A stretch of DNA of 64,000 nucleotides from an uncultured Candidatus Saccharibacteria bacterium (GCA_964593885.1 CAZQKK010000001.1:24066-88065), one strand, 5' to 3'. Numbered from the stretch's first letter, positions 27,822-36,943 are shown. Translations and numbers: made by a program. Notes: generated from the letters alone by a model not told the origin.

Positions 27822-29469
27822 TGGTTGACGGTGGAGTGGCTACCGCTGAAGCCTGATCCGCAGCACTGGCTGTTGTTGCTCCAACCTGGGCATGCTGATC
27901 ATCTCCCTCTTCTCCTCCCGTTGGAGGTGGATTGGGAATCTCCTTAAAGATTGGGAGTGAAAGAATAAAGGACGTGCCTTTTCCTTTCTCTGATTGTACC
28001 TCAATATCGCCTCCATGTTGACGAAGTATTGATTGAGCCACGTACATTCCAAGCCCAGAGCCGTTAGCAAACAGTTTGGAAGCCTCTTTTCCACGTGCAA
28101 AGCGGGTGAAGAGTTTTTGCCTTTCCTCGTCATCCATGCCAATTCCGGTGTCTTGGATGGTGATTTGGATCGCTCCACCAACTTCCTGCGCCTTTACCGT
28201 AACCGAACCATTCGGGGTGTACTTAATAGCGTTATCAACAAAGTTGTTAACCACCTCGTAGAAGCCTTTGGGATCAAGGTAGGAGTCTGGAAGTGGCATC
28301 GGCTCCTCGTAGGTGAGCTGGAGATTCTTGTTTTGCGCCAAGGGTTGGAGGGCAGCAACCAGGTCACGACAAACCTTTCCAAAGTTTGACATCTCCCAGT
28401 TGAGCTCCTTCCTCCCCTGCTCAATACGCGAGATATCCAAGAGGTCGTTCACCATATCAACCATGCGTTTGGTGCTCTTGAGTGACTCTTCAAGAAGCTC
28501 AAGCTGCGGCTTTGGAATGTTCATGTGAGGAGCTTCGTCCACAATCATGGAGAGTGACCAGTGGATAACCGAAAGGGGGGTGCGAAGCTGGTGTGAGGCG
28601 GTATTCAAGAAATCAGTCTTCTGTTTATCAAGCTCCTGGAGCCTTACATTGATTTCTTCCATACGCTTCTTCCCATCCAAAGCCTCTTTCTTCTGGTGGT
28701 ACTCTTGGAAGTAGAATTGCTTGAGCTTTTCAACCATCCCTTGGAACTCTCTGGAAAGCTGCTCAACCTCATCGTTGGTGGCAATAGCAGCGTAGGCGTT
28801 CAGGTTACCTGCCCTAATGGCCAGGGCAGATTCTGTGAGAGCAATAATTGGCTTAGTGAGCTTTGCCGCCAAAAAGTAGGCGGCGAGAATTCCCATAATG
28901 ATGCCAAAACAGCCAAGGTAGATGAAGAGTCTAGAGAGCCTATTAAACTCACCATCAATAACCTGCTCTTCTACCCCAAGTCTAATGGTGTAGACAATCT
29001 CGTTACTTGCCACCAGTGGGTAGGCGTAGTTGTAGAACACCTCACCATCGCGCTCAATCTTGCCTACAACGGTGTCTTTTTTACTGACAATCTGGTTGGT
29101 GAGGGTGTCGGTGTAGCTCTTGCCTTTTAGGCTCTGAGAGCTTGCAATACTGTCGTAGTAGACAACGTTATTCTTATCGATGAGCAGTACGTACCTCACC
29201 CCTTGCTGCCCCTCAACTTTCCTAATCGCGTCGGTAACCGCCTTGTTGTCACCTGTCTGGAATGTCTGGAAAACGCTCGCCGCCAGGTTGTTTACAAGGA
29301 TTTTGTAGGAGTTATCGATGGTATTCACCAACCGAGGCCTCACCGTGAGGTAGAGCGTTCCTGCAAGCAACCCAATAATCAGCGTAATGAAGAGCCCTTG
29401 GGCAAGGGCAAATCTAATTTTTACGCTGGTTCTCGGTTTCCAAACCTGATCAGAAAACGCTGTGAACAC
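27784..29469 (-). CDS. Sensor histidine kinase. TM1, ~130-aa extracytoplasmic sensor, TM2, HAMP, HisKA, HATPase_c, with a low-complexity Ala/Thr/Pro C-terminal tail
   Basis: H-box FLNTASHQLRTPLSVIHWSL. N-box and G boxes (ANGSGLGMYVAQSILRQHGGDIEVQSEKGKGTSFILSLPI). Two hydrophobic segments flank a ~130-residue domain. Confidence 0.85.
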   Translation of the reverse strand: MFTAFSDQVWKPRTSVKIRFALAQGLFITLIIGLLAGTLYLTVRPRLVNTIDNSYKILVNNLAASVFQTFQTGDNKAVTDAIRKVEGQQGVRYVLLIDKNNVVYYDSIASSQSLKGKSYTDTLTNQIVSKKDTVVGKIERDGEVFYNYAYPLVASNEIVYTIRLGVEEQVIDGEFNRLSRLFIYLGCFGIIMGILAAYFLAAKLTKPIIALTESALAIRAGNLNAYAAIATNDEVEQLSREFQGMVEKLKQFYFQEYHQKKEALDGKKRMEEINVRLQELDKQKTDFLNTASHQLRTPLSVIHWSLSMIVDEAPHMNIPKPQLELLEESLKSTKRMVDMVNDLLDISRIEQGRKELNWEMSNFGKVCRDLVAALQPLAQNKNLQLTYEEPMPLPDSYLDPKGFYEVVNNFVDNAIKYTPNGSVTVKAQEVGGAIQITIQDTGIGMDDEERQKLFTRFARGKEASKLFANGSGLGMYVAQSILRQHGGDIEVQSEKGKGTSFILSLPIFKEIPNPPPTGGEEGDDQHAQVGATTASAADQASAVATPPSTNATTGSEKPAAS

Positions 29470-29505
29470 TCCCGCTCCTTTGGGGTGCGCAGGCCGGAAG
29501 GGAGC

Positions 29506-30048
29506 CTACGGGTTATTATTTGGTTCGCCAGGGCGAAGAACCTCAGACATTGGCATAACATCCTGCATGGATGCAAAACTCTGGTAGGGATCAGCTGGAG
29601 GAGTAGCCGGAGTTGGAGCAGCAGCACTCTCACTTGGTGCAGCTGGTGCTGCAGGAGTAGCAACAAGTGGTTCAGCTGGAGCTGGTGCGGCAAAGATTGC
29701 CTTAATTTTACTGAGAATTTCTGCAGGAGAGAATGCAGCCTTCACAATGTAATCAATGGCGCCTAGTGCGTGAGCCCTTTCAACATCAGCTTTCTGAGCG
29801 AAGTTAGAGAATACGATAATCTTTGGGAGCTTACGCTTTTCCTGCTGGAGCTTTTCAAGAACATCAAATCCACTCATCTTTGGCAGAAGCACATCGAGGA
29901 GTACAAGATCAGGCAACTCAGGTTCACAGAGAAGTTTGTACGCCTCTTCGCCATCGTAGGCGTGGAGCACTTCAAACTGCTCTTCCTCAAGTTTCATGCC
30001 GATAATTTTTGCGAGCATCTGCTCGTCTTCAACAACAAGGATTTTCAT
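29506..30048 (-). CDS. Response regulator with receiver domain only (CheY-like) plus a Pro/Ala-rich disordered C-terminal tail, no DNA-binding domain. ORF-track start 30090; ATG at 30048 (MKILVVEDE) preferred
   Basis: MKILVVEDEQMLAKIIGMKLEE...DLVLLDVLLPKMSGFDVLEKL...KIIVFSNFAQ...GAIDYIVKAAFSPAEIL carries the conserved D/D/T/K receiver residues. The tail is AAPAPAEPLVATPAAPAAPSESAAAPTPATPPADP. Confidence 0.8.
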   Translation of the reverse strand: MKILVVEDEQMLAKIIGMKLEEEQFEVLHAYDGEEAYKLLCEPELPDLVLLDVLLPKMSGFDVLEKLQQEKRKLPKIIVFSNFAQKADVERAHALGAIDYIVKAAFSPAEILSKIKAIFAAPAPAEPLVATPAAPAAPSESAAAPTPATPPADPYQSFASMQDVMPMSEVLRPGEPNNNP

Positions 30049-30139
30049 AGGAAGAGAGGCTAGTGCTGATTCATAGCTATTTTGGCACATACTATCTCTC
30101 CGTTACAAGCTAACCGACACGCATGGTACACTGAGGTAT

Positions 30140-31225
30140 ATGGAATTCGCCCTCGGCCTACTGAGTGGAACCGCTATAATCCTTCTCTTGCAAGCAGGCA
30201 TCTTTAAGCGTGGAAGTGCGTCAGGCACCCCGGGTAATATGGTGAGTACCAACCCAGAAGAAGCCCTCCTCTTCGCTGAAGCCCCATTTGCGGTATGTGC
30301 CACATCGGTAACAGGAGCGATTACCTGGGGAAACGAGAAATTCTGGAAGATCTGTGGAAAACGTGAGGTGAGAAACCTGGGTGACCTCGGAAAGCTGTTT
30401 AACACAACCTTCTACCCAGTACGGAAGACTCCTAAACTCCACGCAAACCTCACAATTCCAGGTAAACAGGTTGATCAACTCCACCACTACAGCGCTCTTC
30501 GTTGGCCTACCCAGGGTGCAAAAAGGGGAAGGAGTGAAATGTTTAGCTTCCACGAGCAAACTCACCGCGAAGTACGCCACTACCAGCAGGCCTCATTTGA
30601 ACACCAGCTTGTGAGGTACCTTTCGCTTGTCGGAAGTGAGCTACGTAGTATTTCAGCAAGAGGAGGAAATGTAAGTCCGGAAAGATTAGAGGCACTGGTA
30701 CAAGAGGTTGAGAACCTCAGCTCACTGGTTTTAGAGACCCACGAGCTAACTCGTAGAACTCCTTCACAAACAACGGTTGATTTGAAGAAAATTATTGCAA
30801 CGGTTCTCTCACAACATAGGAGTGAATTTGAGGCAAAGAGTACGCACCTCATAAAAACCTTCCCACATACCTCACTGGTTCACGGAAGTGAAGTTGAGTT
30901 CCTCGTACTCTTCCAAACCATATTTGGAGCACTCCTGACCATGCTGCCAAAGCACAAATCTCTCAAAGTACAGGTTCTGCAAGATGGCAAACGTTTCCAA
31001 GTGGCAATGAGTATCCCCGACTACCAGCTCCACCCAAGCCTGGTCAATAAGCCTTTCAATTTCGCAACTGCCGAAACCGGCATCCCTACGCCCTACAGAC
31101 TCTGGAGGCTGCAACTTGCCATCGCTCACCAAATTGCCGCTAAGCACCACGGGAACCTCCAGGTTACTAGCAATGCGTTTGAAGGAACCTCTTACATCCT
31201 CACTCTAGCTGCACGAGATAGCTAG
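30140..31225 (+). CDS. Membrane-anchored PAS-domain protein with a degenerate (pseudo) histidine-kinase core. The phospho-acceptor His and the G2-box glycines are replaced
   Basis: N-terminal TM EFALGLLSGTAIILLLQAGIF. PAS-like AVCATSVTGAITWGNEKFWKICGKREV. The H-box-like SLVGSELRSISA has Ser where HELRTPL has His. The HATPase-like C-terminus RLQLAIAHQIAAKHHGNLQVTSNAFEGTSYILTLA has GLGL replaced by RLQL. Divergent from the REC gene across a 90-bp intergenic region. Confidence 0.5.
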   Translation: MEFALGLLSGTAIILLLQAGIFKRGSASGTPGNMVSTNPEEALLFAEAPFAVCATSVTGAITWGNEKFWKICGKREVRNLGDLGKLFNTTFYPVRKTPKLHANLTIPGKQVDQLHHYSALRWPTQGAKRGRSEMFSFHEQTHREVRHYQQASFEHQLVRYLSLVGSELRSISARGGNVSPERLEALVQEVENLSSLVLETHELTRRTPSQTTVDLKKIIATVLSQHRSEFEAKSTHLIKTFPHTSLVHGSEVEFLVLFQTIFGALLTMLPKHKSLKVQVLQDGKRFQVAMSIPDYQLHPSLVNKPFNFATAETGIPTPYRLWRLQLAIAHQIAAKHHGNLQVTSNAFEGTSYILTLAARDS

Positions 31226-33476
31226 CGGTAATGCCAAAGATGGGGTTGAGTATCGATGCTATCCTTCCTAGTGTAAGAATCTTCTGTGTATCGAGGCGTA
31301 GTGCTCTCTTCAGTTTAGTAGTGATGGTGAGACGTGGCACATCCTGTTTCTGTAAAGTCGTGGCCTCAGCAGCATGAGATGCATACGTTTGCAGCTTAGT
31401 CTCAAGGTAGTTTGGCGTGAAAACTAACGCGAACCCCTTGGAGAGTTGGGCATCACGTGTTGTATCGCTACTGGTGACAACCTGAGCTCCATTGCTATCA
31501 CTGCCAGCTGGGGTGACTTCCTCTAGTTTGAGAGGAATATCCTGCTTTTCACCTTTTTTCATCACAAACGTATGTATAGAATCTGTATCTAGCCAGTACC
31601 TCACCGCGGTATCCTCAAGTGCCGTTATAGCAGCGTTGTAGGTAACACCTGGTTCATCGGGAAGGAGAAACCACTGCATCTCCGGCGAAACCTCAACATC
31701 TCCTTCGCCTGCTTCGTTGCTCTCGGTGGTAGTTGCCCGGTAGCCGTTACTTCCTGTAACCGTAACATCTACCGGACAGTCTATGGAGAACAGGATCACT
31801 TTCTTGTAGGGAAGTGGGGGTTTTGGCTGCTGAAAAATTTCAGCAAGGTACTTGAGGATTACACCCGCCCCAGTACCTGGTAAGTCCTGGTGCTTCCCAC
31901 TTGCCTTGAGTACGTCTGCACCCTCAAGCGGAGAGCTCTGGATAGGCACGGTACCGTCACCTCCGTTACTGAGTGACGTAATCTCCCCCAACATTTCCCC
32001 GTCTGGCCATATGTCTTGGTCTTTCACTGGTTGTACGAGCGTCCAGGTTGGAGTGTTTTCACCCTCTGAAACTACCGTAGCAACGCTCACCCGCTTGTGA
32101 AGCTCAGGAATGCTCGCATTGAGTTTGAGCAGCCTGGTATTGGCGTAAGCCATTTCACTTGGGATAAGAAAGCTCCTCCCGCGCTTGAGAGCAGGGTACA
32201 CCGGCTGCAAATCTTGCACCGAGGAAAAGTTGCTGTGGATAACATCATGGTTCTTAGCGGGACTTTCAGGTATCCCTTTCCCATAGAGCCTCATGAGACT
32301 GCCTACAGCTGCCCAGTCTTTTGGAAGCACCCCAGCTTGCCAGAGCGGATAGGCTTTCACCGCACCCGCGTTTGGAGTACCAACCTGCACGAGGGAATGG
32401 ACATCCCCCAAGTAACCTGCACCTTGGATGTAGGCTCTGGATAAGATACCCCCGTACGAGTGTGCGACCACATTTACGTACCTACTTCCTGCCTTCCGCT
32501 TCAGCCTAGCGAGGGCTGGTAAGATGTAACTTTTGAGGATAACCTCTGCCGGTTGCCGCCAATCGTAGTAGGCAACCTCGTAGGTGGCGTGGGCATCATC
32601 TAGTGCCTTGAGAAAGTCAGTGTAGCCTGGCGTAAGCTTACCAATGAAGTGGAGGTTGTGGATAACTTCACCAGGGTTTGGTGGGTGGCTCATGGCGCCA
32701 AGGTGAATTGATGTTCCGTAGCCAGGAATGAAGAGAATGGGAAGTTCTTTCTGGAGGCAATTCTCTTTTGGAATGAGACCATACTCATGTTGGTAGACAA
32801 TGACAGTCTTTGACTCACACCCCGAGAAGGTAACGTTGTTGTAGCTAACAAACTTACTTGCACCTACTGCCTTCACAAAACCAACACCTCGTTGTTTTGC
32901 TTGGAAGTGAACACCATCAACGGTAAGAAGGTGATCAATTCCGTTAAATGTCATCCCTGTTTCCAGCATTGCAGCATCGGCGTCACGATTCTCAAACCAG
33001 ATATCTTGAAAGACGTAGTTTCGCTCATAGCGAAAACCACCCGTTCCAACGCTGATGGTGTTACGAATATTGTCCAGCATGTGGACGCCCCTGAATACCG
33101 AAGGCGGATCTGAAAACTGCAATCCTTCCGAACTTCCAGTGACCACAAGGTTGCTCACCTCAACTCCTGCTCCCGCCTCCCCAACCATCCCCTTCCACGG
33201 AGCTCCACTGGAGGCTGAGGTGAGTGTAACTGGACTACCGGGGAGTCCTGCTACCTCAAGACTCCCAAGCACCCTGAGGCGTGCACCCGCCTTGAACTTC
33301 ACCGTCACACCCGCCCGAAGCTTGAGCTTGCAGCCAACGGGCACCGTTACGGTGCTGACCACATACTCTTTACCGGGTGTACTGAGGCTTGGCACACTCT
33401 CACACCCCGCTGCACGGGTAAGCCTGGCAGGTAAACAGAGGAGCACAACGAGAATGAGTGAGGTAAGGCGGCGCAT
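31200..33476 (-). CDS. Secreted two-domain protein. N-terminal beta-helix-like region plus alpha/beta-hydrolase (lipase/esterase, GxSxG-type) domain. ORF-track start 33491
   Basis: Signal peptide MRRLTSLILVVLLCLPARLTRAAG begins at ATG 33476. Lipase-type motifs LPILFIPGYGTS (oxyanion region) and NVVAHSYGGILSRAY (nucleophile elbow AHSYG). Convergent 26-nt overlap with the pseudo-HK gene. Confidence 0.6.
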   Translation of the reverse strand: MRRLTSLILVVLLCLPARLTRAAGCESVPSLSTPGKEYVVSTVTVPVGCKLKLRAGVTVKFKAGARLRVLGSLEVAGLPGSPVTLTSASSGAPWKGMVGEAGAGVEVSNLVVTGSSEGLQFSDPPSVFRGVHMLDNIRNTISVGTGGFRYERNYVFQDIWFENRDADAAMLETGMTFNGIDHLLTVDGVHFQAKQRGVGFVKAVGASKFVSYNNVTFSGCESKTVIVYQHEYGLIPKENCLQKELPILFIPGYGTSIHLGAMSHPPNPGEVIHNLHFIGKLTPGYTDFLKALDDAHATYEVAYYDWRQPAEVILKSYILPALARLKRKAGSRYVNVVAHSYGGILSRAYIQGAGYLGDVHSLVQVGTPNAGAVKAYPLWQAGVLPKDWAAVGSLMRLYGKGIPESPAKNHDVIHSNFSSVQDLQPVYPALKRGRSFLIPSEMAYANTRLLKLNASIPELHKRVSVATVVSEGENTPTWTLVQPVKDQDIWPDGEMLGEITSLSNGGDGTVPIQSSPLEGADVLKASGKHQDLPGTGAGVILKYLAEIFQQPKPPLPYKKVILFSIDCPVDVTVTGSNGYRATTTESNEAGEGDVEVSPEMQWFLLPDEPGVTYNAAITALEDTAVRYWLDTDSIHTFVMKKGEKQDIPLKLEEVTPAGSDSNGAQVVTSSDTTRDAQLSKGFALVFTPNYLETKLQTYASHAAEATTLQKQDVPRLTITTKLKRALRLDTQKILTLGRIASILNPIFGITASYLVQLE

Positions 33477-33523
33477 ACGGTCACTATGCACCCCAACTCT
33501 TACACCTTACCCAACTAAAAGTT

Positions 33524-34615
33524 TCAGTTTCCCGATCGCTGGAGAGTGGCCAACCAGAGCGCTCTTTCGTCAATAATTGGAGGCTGGTTACCTGCAGATG
33601 CGTGCTGCAAGCGTATGCAGAGGAGGTCAGCAACGAGGGGGAGCGAAACGAAACCGTTCTTCACCAAGAGCTCTACCTCGGCAAGGAGGGTGAGCATGTA
33701 GCGAGAGTAGCCAGAGTGAGCCAATCCACGTTTTGCATCGCGCCTCAAGAGGTGGAAGAGCCTAAAGTAGTTACTATCGTCTCCATCCTGGCTTTCCCAA
33801 GCTGCGAGGAGCTTACGCGCTTTTGAGATGTTGCGGGAGGTAATCGCATTGCAAATCTCAAAGACTCCTACAGGATCCTCAAAGTTTTCTGTCACTTCTT
33901 CAAGCATTTCAGCTGATACAACCTGACCCTCACGTGAGCTCAAGATGAGGCTCTCTACCACGTGGTGAAGCCACCAGCTTCGCTCATCCTGCTTGAGGAC
34001 GTCTTGAGCTTTCAGCTGCTTGTCGAGACGCTGCGTTTTCTCCAAGGTTGCCAGCTTCCTTACGAGGAGCTGCTCGGCTTCACGCGAGAGCCTCAGTCCC
34101 ACCTCTCCCAGCTCTTCTCCAACTACTGCGAGGATTTTTGAGGTTTGAGGTAGCCTGTGGAGTTTCACCACAGCTTCTTGCTTCAAGCTGGCAGTGACAA
34201 ACCACTTCATGAGCGAGTGGGTATCGGGAAGCTCGAGCTCCTCCCATACCACCAGCGTCATGGTTTCGGGCACACCCCTCTCAAGCACTTCTCTGAGTGC
34301 TGAGGAGTAGTCGCCGCCGCTCCCCTTTTCACGCGAAGTTGGCCGCTTTACGAGAACTAGGCTAGTCTCACCAAAAAGACCCTGAGCCTGGGTCACGTTA
34401 CGTAACCTTTCAGCAAAGGTTTGAGCATCTGTTTCATCGGCGTGAATCCTGTGGAGCATTTCGGTGCCATGCTTCTTACTGAAAAGGTTCACCCAACGTG
34501 AAACAGCCCTGCTACTGGCAAGGCTATCTGAGCCATGGAAGAGGAAAATTCGCTCACGCGGGGCCATGGATGGTTTTATCGAGGTGAAATCTGAGTTCTT
34601 GGTTAGAGAGGACAA
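33524..34615 (-). CDS. holA: DNA polymerase III delta subunit-like protein (HolA family). Possible alternative start at 34567
   Basis: N-terminal IFLFHGSDSLASSRAVSRWVNLF...GLFGETSLVLVKRP matches the HolA N-domain pattern (YLLYGEE...SLFG...LVIV). A helical C-terminal region follows. Confidence 0.45.
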   Translation of the reverse strand: MSSLTKNSDFTSIKPSMAPRERIFLFHGSDSLASSRAVSRWVNLFSKKHGTEMLHRIHADETDAQTFAERLRNVTQAQGLFGETSLVLVKRPTSREKGSGGDYSSALREVLERGVPETMTLVVWEELELPDTHSLMKWFVTASLKQEAVVKLHRLPQTSKILAVVGEELGEVGLRLSREAEQLLVRKLATLEKTQRLDKQLKAQDVLKQDERSWWLHHVVESLILSSREGQVVSAEMLEEVTENFEDPVGVFEICNAITSRNISKARKLLAAWESQDGDDSNYFRLFHLLRRDAKRGLAHSGYSRYMLTLLAEVELLVKNGFVSLPLVADLLCIRLQHASAGNQPPIIDERALWLATLQRSGN

Positions 34616-35207
34616 CTATGTTGCTCCCAACCGTTACCCGTGGGTCTCGTGAGTAGCGTCGTACCTGGAACTCCTCAAGCTTGCGCTCCAGGAAACCTGC
34701 AATTGGCGACAACAGCGCTTCAAGCCCCCGCTGCACAACGTACGTAAGCACACTATGACGGAGCACTACCTGGTGTACAACCGGCCGGTAGCCCGCCTCC
34801 TCCATCCACTGGTTTTCCTGACAGAATCTCTCGTACACGCCAGGGGAAGCAAAGAGAGGAAAGGTGTTATGGAAAACGCGTGAGTGGTAGCTGTCGCGGG
34901 GAGTAATCTGGAGAAAGGAGGTTGTGGCGAAGCGATTCATGCACACCCTCCCAGCAACATGGTTGCCGTGCCTACGCAAACCGAGTAGCTGTACTGCGCC
35001 TAGTGAAAGGAACCTGCAGAGGTAGATGTGCTGTGGCTTGGTGGCGATGTAGAAATCAATATCGCTACCCTCGTGGAAATTTCCGGTAGCCATAGAACCA
35101 TTGAGACCAACCATTCTGACGTAGGGCACAAGCCTAAGAAATGCGCTGGTAATGAGCGCTCGAAACCAGAGTTTTCGCCAGAGTTTTCGGTTACTTTCTT
35201 GTGCCAT
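34554..35207 (-). CDS. Nucleotidyltransferase-domain protein (Pol-beta superfamily). The ORF track extends to 35357 but overlaps smpB by 125 nt, so ATG 35207 is preferred
   Basis: GS...D.D motif GLNGSMATGNFHEGSDIDFYIATKP. Confidence 0.5.
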   Translation of the reverse strand: MAQESNRKLWRKLWFRALITSAFLRLVPYVRMVGLNGSMATGNFHEGSDIDFYIATKPQHIYLCRFLSLGAVQLLGLRRHGNHVAGRVCMNRFATTSFLQITPRDSYHSRVFHNTFPLFASPGVYERFCQENQWMEEAGYRPVVHQVVLRHSVLTYVVQRGLEALLSPIAGFLERKLEEFQVRRYSRDPRVTVGSNIVVLSNQELRFHLDKTIHGPA

Positions 35208-35232
35208 ACAGGCACTATAGCAGCCCGTTTTC

Positions 35233-35691
35233 CTAGCGTCTGCCCCGTTTTGCGGTGAGCTCGAGGTCACGCAGTACCGCACGCTCGCGCAGGAGGTTGC
35301 GTTTGTCAGACTTCTTTCGTCCCGTACCAATACCGATAGTGAGCTTTGCCCAGCCACGCTTCATGTGGAGATCGAGGGGAACTGCCGTTTTGCCTTTGGC
35401 TGAGAGCTGCTCTTGGAGCATCCTCACCTCGCGGGTGTGGAGGAGGAGTGATCTGGTGCGCTCAGGCTCTCCTGCAAGTCCCAGGTGCATGCCAACCACC
35501 ACCACCTTTGGGAGGGCTTGGGGGTTGGTGCCTTGCGTGAGCTTCACGTAGGCACCAGTTAGCTGAACTCTCTCGGCTCTAATTGATTTGATCTCGTCTC
35601 CGGTGAGCGAAATCCCGGCTTCGAGGGTTTCCTCTACCGCAATATCAAAACGGGCCCGACGGTTTTCAGCTCGACGGTTACCCTTCTGCAT
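35233..35691 (-). CDS. smpB: SsrA-binding protein SmpB
   Basis: NRRARFDIAVEETLEAGISLTGDEIKSIRAERVQLTGAYV...RSLLLHTREV...GKTAVPLDLHMKRGWAKLTIGIGTGRKKSDKR matches the conserved SmpB pattern (ENKKARHDY.IEE..EAGIVL.G.EVKS.R.G...L.D.Y....GKTLVPL.......K..IAL.KGKK..DKR). Confidence 0.85.
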   Translation of the reverse strand: MQKGNRRAENRRARFDIAVEETLEAGISLTGDEIKSIRAERVQLTGAYVKLTQGTNPQALPKVVVVGMHLGLAGEPERTRSLLLHTREVRMLQEQLSAKGKTAVPLDLHMKRGWAKLTIGIGTGRKKSDKRNLLRERAVLRDLELTAKRGRR

Positions 35692-36747
35692 CTACTTAGA
35701 CTTAGCTGTCTCAGGATCTTCCCAGAGCTGCTTGAGGTTGTGCCAATCGCCAATGATCACCGAGACAATGGCAGCACTTGGGAGGGCGATAATGGCACCT
35801 GTAACCCCAAAGAGGGCAATACCAACGAGCATGGCGAGGATGACAAATACCGGTGAAAGCCCTACTGCCTTTGCCATTACTCGGGGGGTAATGTAGAAGT
35901 TCTGAATCTGTTGGATAACAAAGAAGTTGACGATGATAACCAGAGCAACGGTAAGGATATCTCCAGTATTGATAGCAACAAAGACTCCTGGCATCACCCC
36001 GATAACCGGCCCAATGTAAGGAATAACCTCCATGAGCCCTGACCAGAGCCCAAGCGGGAGGGGCGATGATACGCCAATGATCGTGTAGACGATAACGTTC
36101 AAGAGACCAACGAAGAGCATGATGGTAAGCTGCCCCCTAATCCAAGCACCCATCTGGTGAGAAATCTTCCTGAGCATGGCGTAGGCCGGCTCAAAACGGT
36201 TCCGAGGCATGATCTGGTGGAGGAACTCTCGGGCGTTCTTTTCTTCAAGGAGAAGGTAGAAGCTGAGGACGAGACCGGTAACTACACTAGCTAGGCCGCC
36301 AAAGAAGCTGAGAGCGGCACTAAAGGCGTTACTTCCGGCACTGCCAAGGCTTCCACTAGCGTTTGAGATGACATCGTTCACCGTTGAGCTAGAAGATCCA
36401 GAACGAAGAGACTCAAGGGCAGGTCTCAATTTGTTGATGATATCTGGGATGATTTCCCCAAGCGTATTAACCTGGGTAATCAGTTTTGGCAGGAACAGGT
36501 AAGAAAGCAGGGTGAATGCGACAACGAGAATGGTAAAGAAGAGTGCTACCGCAAGCCCACGCGACATGTGCTTCTGCATGTTCTTGATAGTAGGGTTAAC
36601 CGCTGCCACAAAGATGAACACCACGAAGAGCATGAAGAGAATCTCGCGCACCGCAAAGAAAGCCCAAACCGCAACTGCAGTGATGAGAATCTTGAAAATA
36701 GCTGACCAGCTAATATCAAAGGTTAGCGTTGACTTTGATGGTTCCAT
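35692..36747 (-). CDS. AI-2E family transporter (UPF0118/PerM-like), 7-8 TM helices
   Basis: Multiple hydrophobic segments and the family-typical LGLWSGLMEVIPYIGPVIGVMPGVFVAINTG. Stop abuts the smpB start. Confidence 0.7.
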   Translation of the reverse strand: MEPSKSTLTFDISWSAIFKILITAVAVWAFFAVREILFMLFVVFIFVAAVNPTIKNMQKHMSRGLAVALFFTILVVAFTLLSYLFLPKLITQVNTLGEIIPDIINKLRPALESLRSGSSSSTVNDVISNASGSLGSAGSNAFSAALSFFGGLASVVTGLVLSFYLLLEEKNAREFLHQIMPRNRFEPAYAMLRKISHQMGAWIRGQLTIMLFVGLLNVIVYTIIGVSSPLPLGLWSGLMEVIPYIGPVIGVMPGVFVAINTGDILTVALVIIVNFFVIQQIQNFYITPRVMAKAVGLSPVFVILAMLVGIALFGVTGAIIALPSAAIVSVIIGDWHNLKQLWEDPETAKSK

Positions 36748-36789
36748 AGGTGGATGTTACGAGAATACTTCTCTAGTAGCGTAGCATGT

Positions 36790-36864
36790 TGGCGCCCTCG
36801 ACAGGAATCGAACCCATATCTCCCCCTTAGGACGGGGTAGCTCTATCCATTGAGCTACGAGGGC
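36790..36864 (-). tRNA. tRNA-Arg (anticodon CCU)
   Basis: rc GCCCTCGTAGCTCAATGGATAGAGCTACCCCGTCCTAAGGGGGAGATATGGGTTCGATTCCTGTCGAGGGCGCCA. 7-bp acceptor GCCCTCG/CGAGGGC, D-arm GCTC/GAGC, anticodon loop GTCCTAA, T-loop TTCGATT, CCA encoded. Confidence 0.85.
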
Positions 36865-36871
36865 AGGCGTC

Positions 36872-36943
36872 ACATCCGCTTTGGTAAAATCCGTGGGACA
36901 AAGAATACGATACTACCCACAAGGTTTTTACCAAAGCGGATGT
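36872..36943. repeat. Perfect 18-bp inverted repeat (acatccgctttggtaaaa / ttttaccaaagcggatgt) with a 36-nt loop, immediately 5' of tRNA-Arg(CCU)
   Basis: Arms at 36872-36889 and 36926-36943 are exact reverse complements. Confidence 0.8.

Noticed and set aside
25772-29766. Plus-strand ORFs 25772..26356, 28696..29130 and 29203..29766 antisense to the permease and HK genes
   Set aside because: The opposite-strand genes have clear Walker, FtsX and H-box motifs. These antisense ORFs lack motifs and are most likely spurious.
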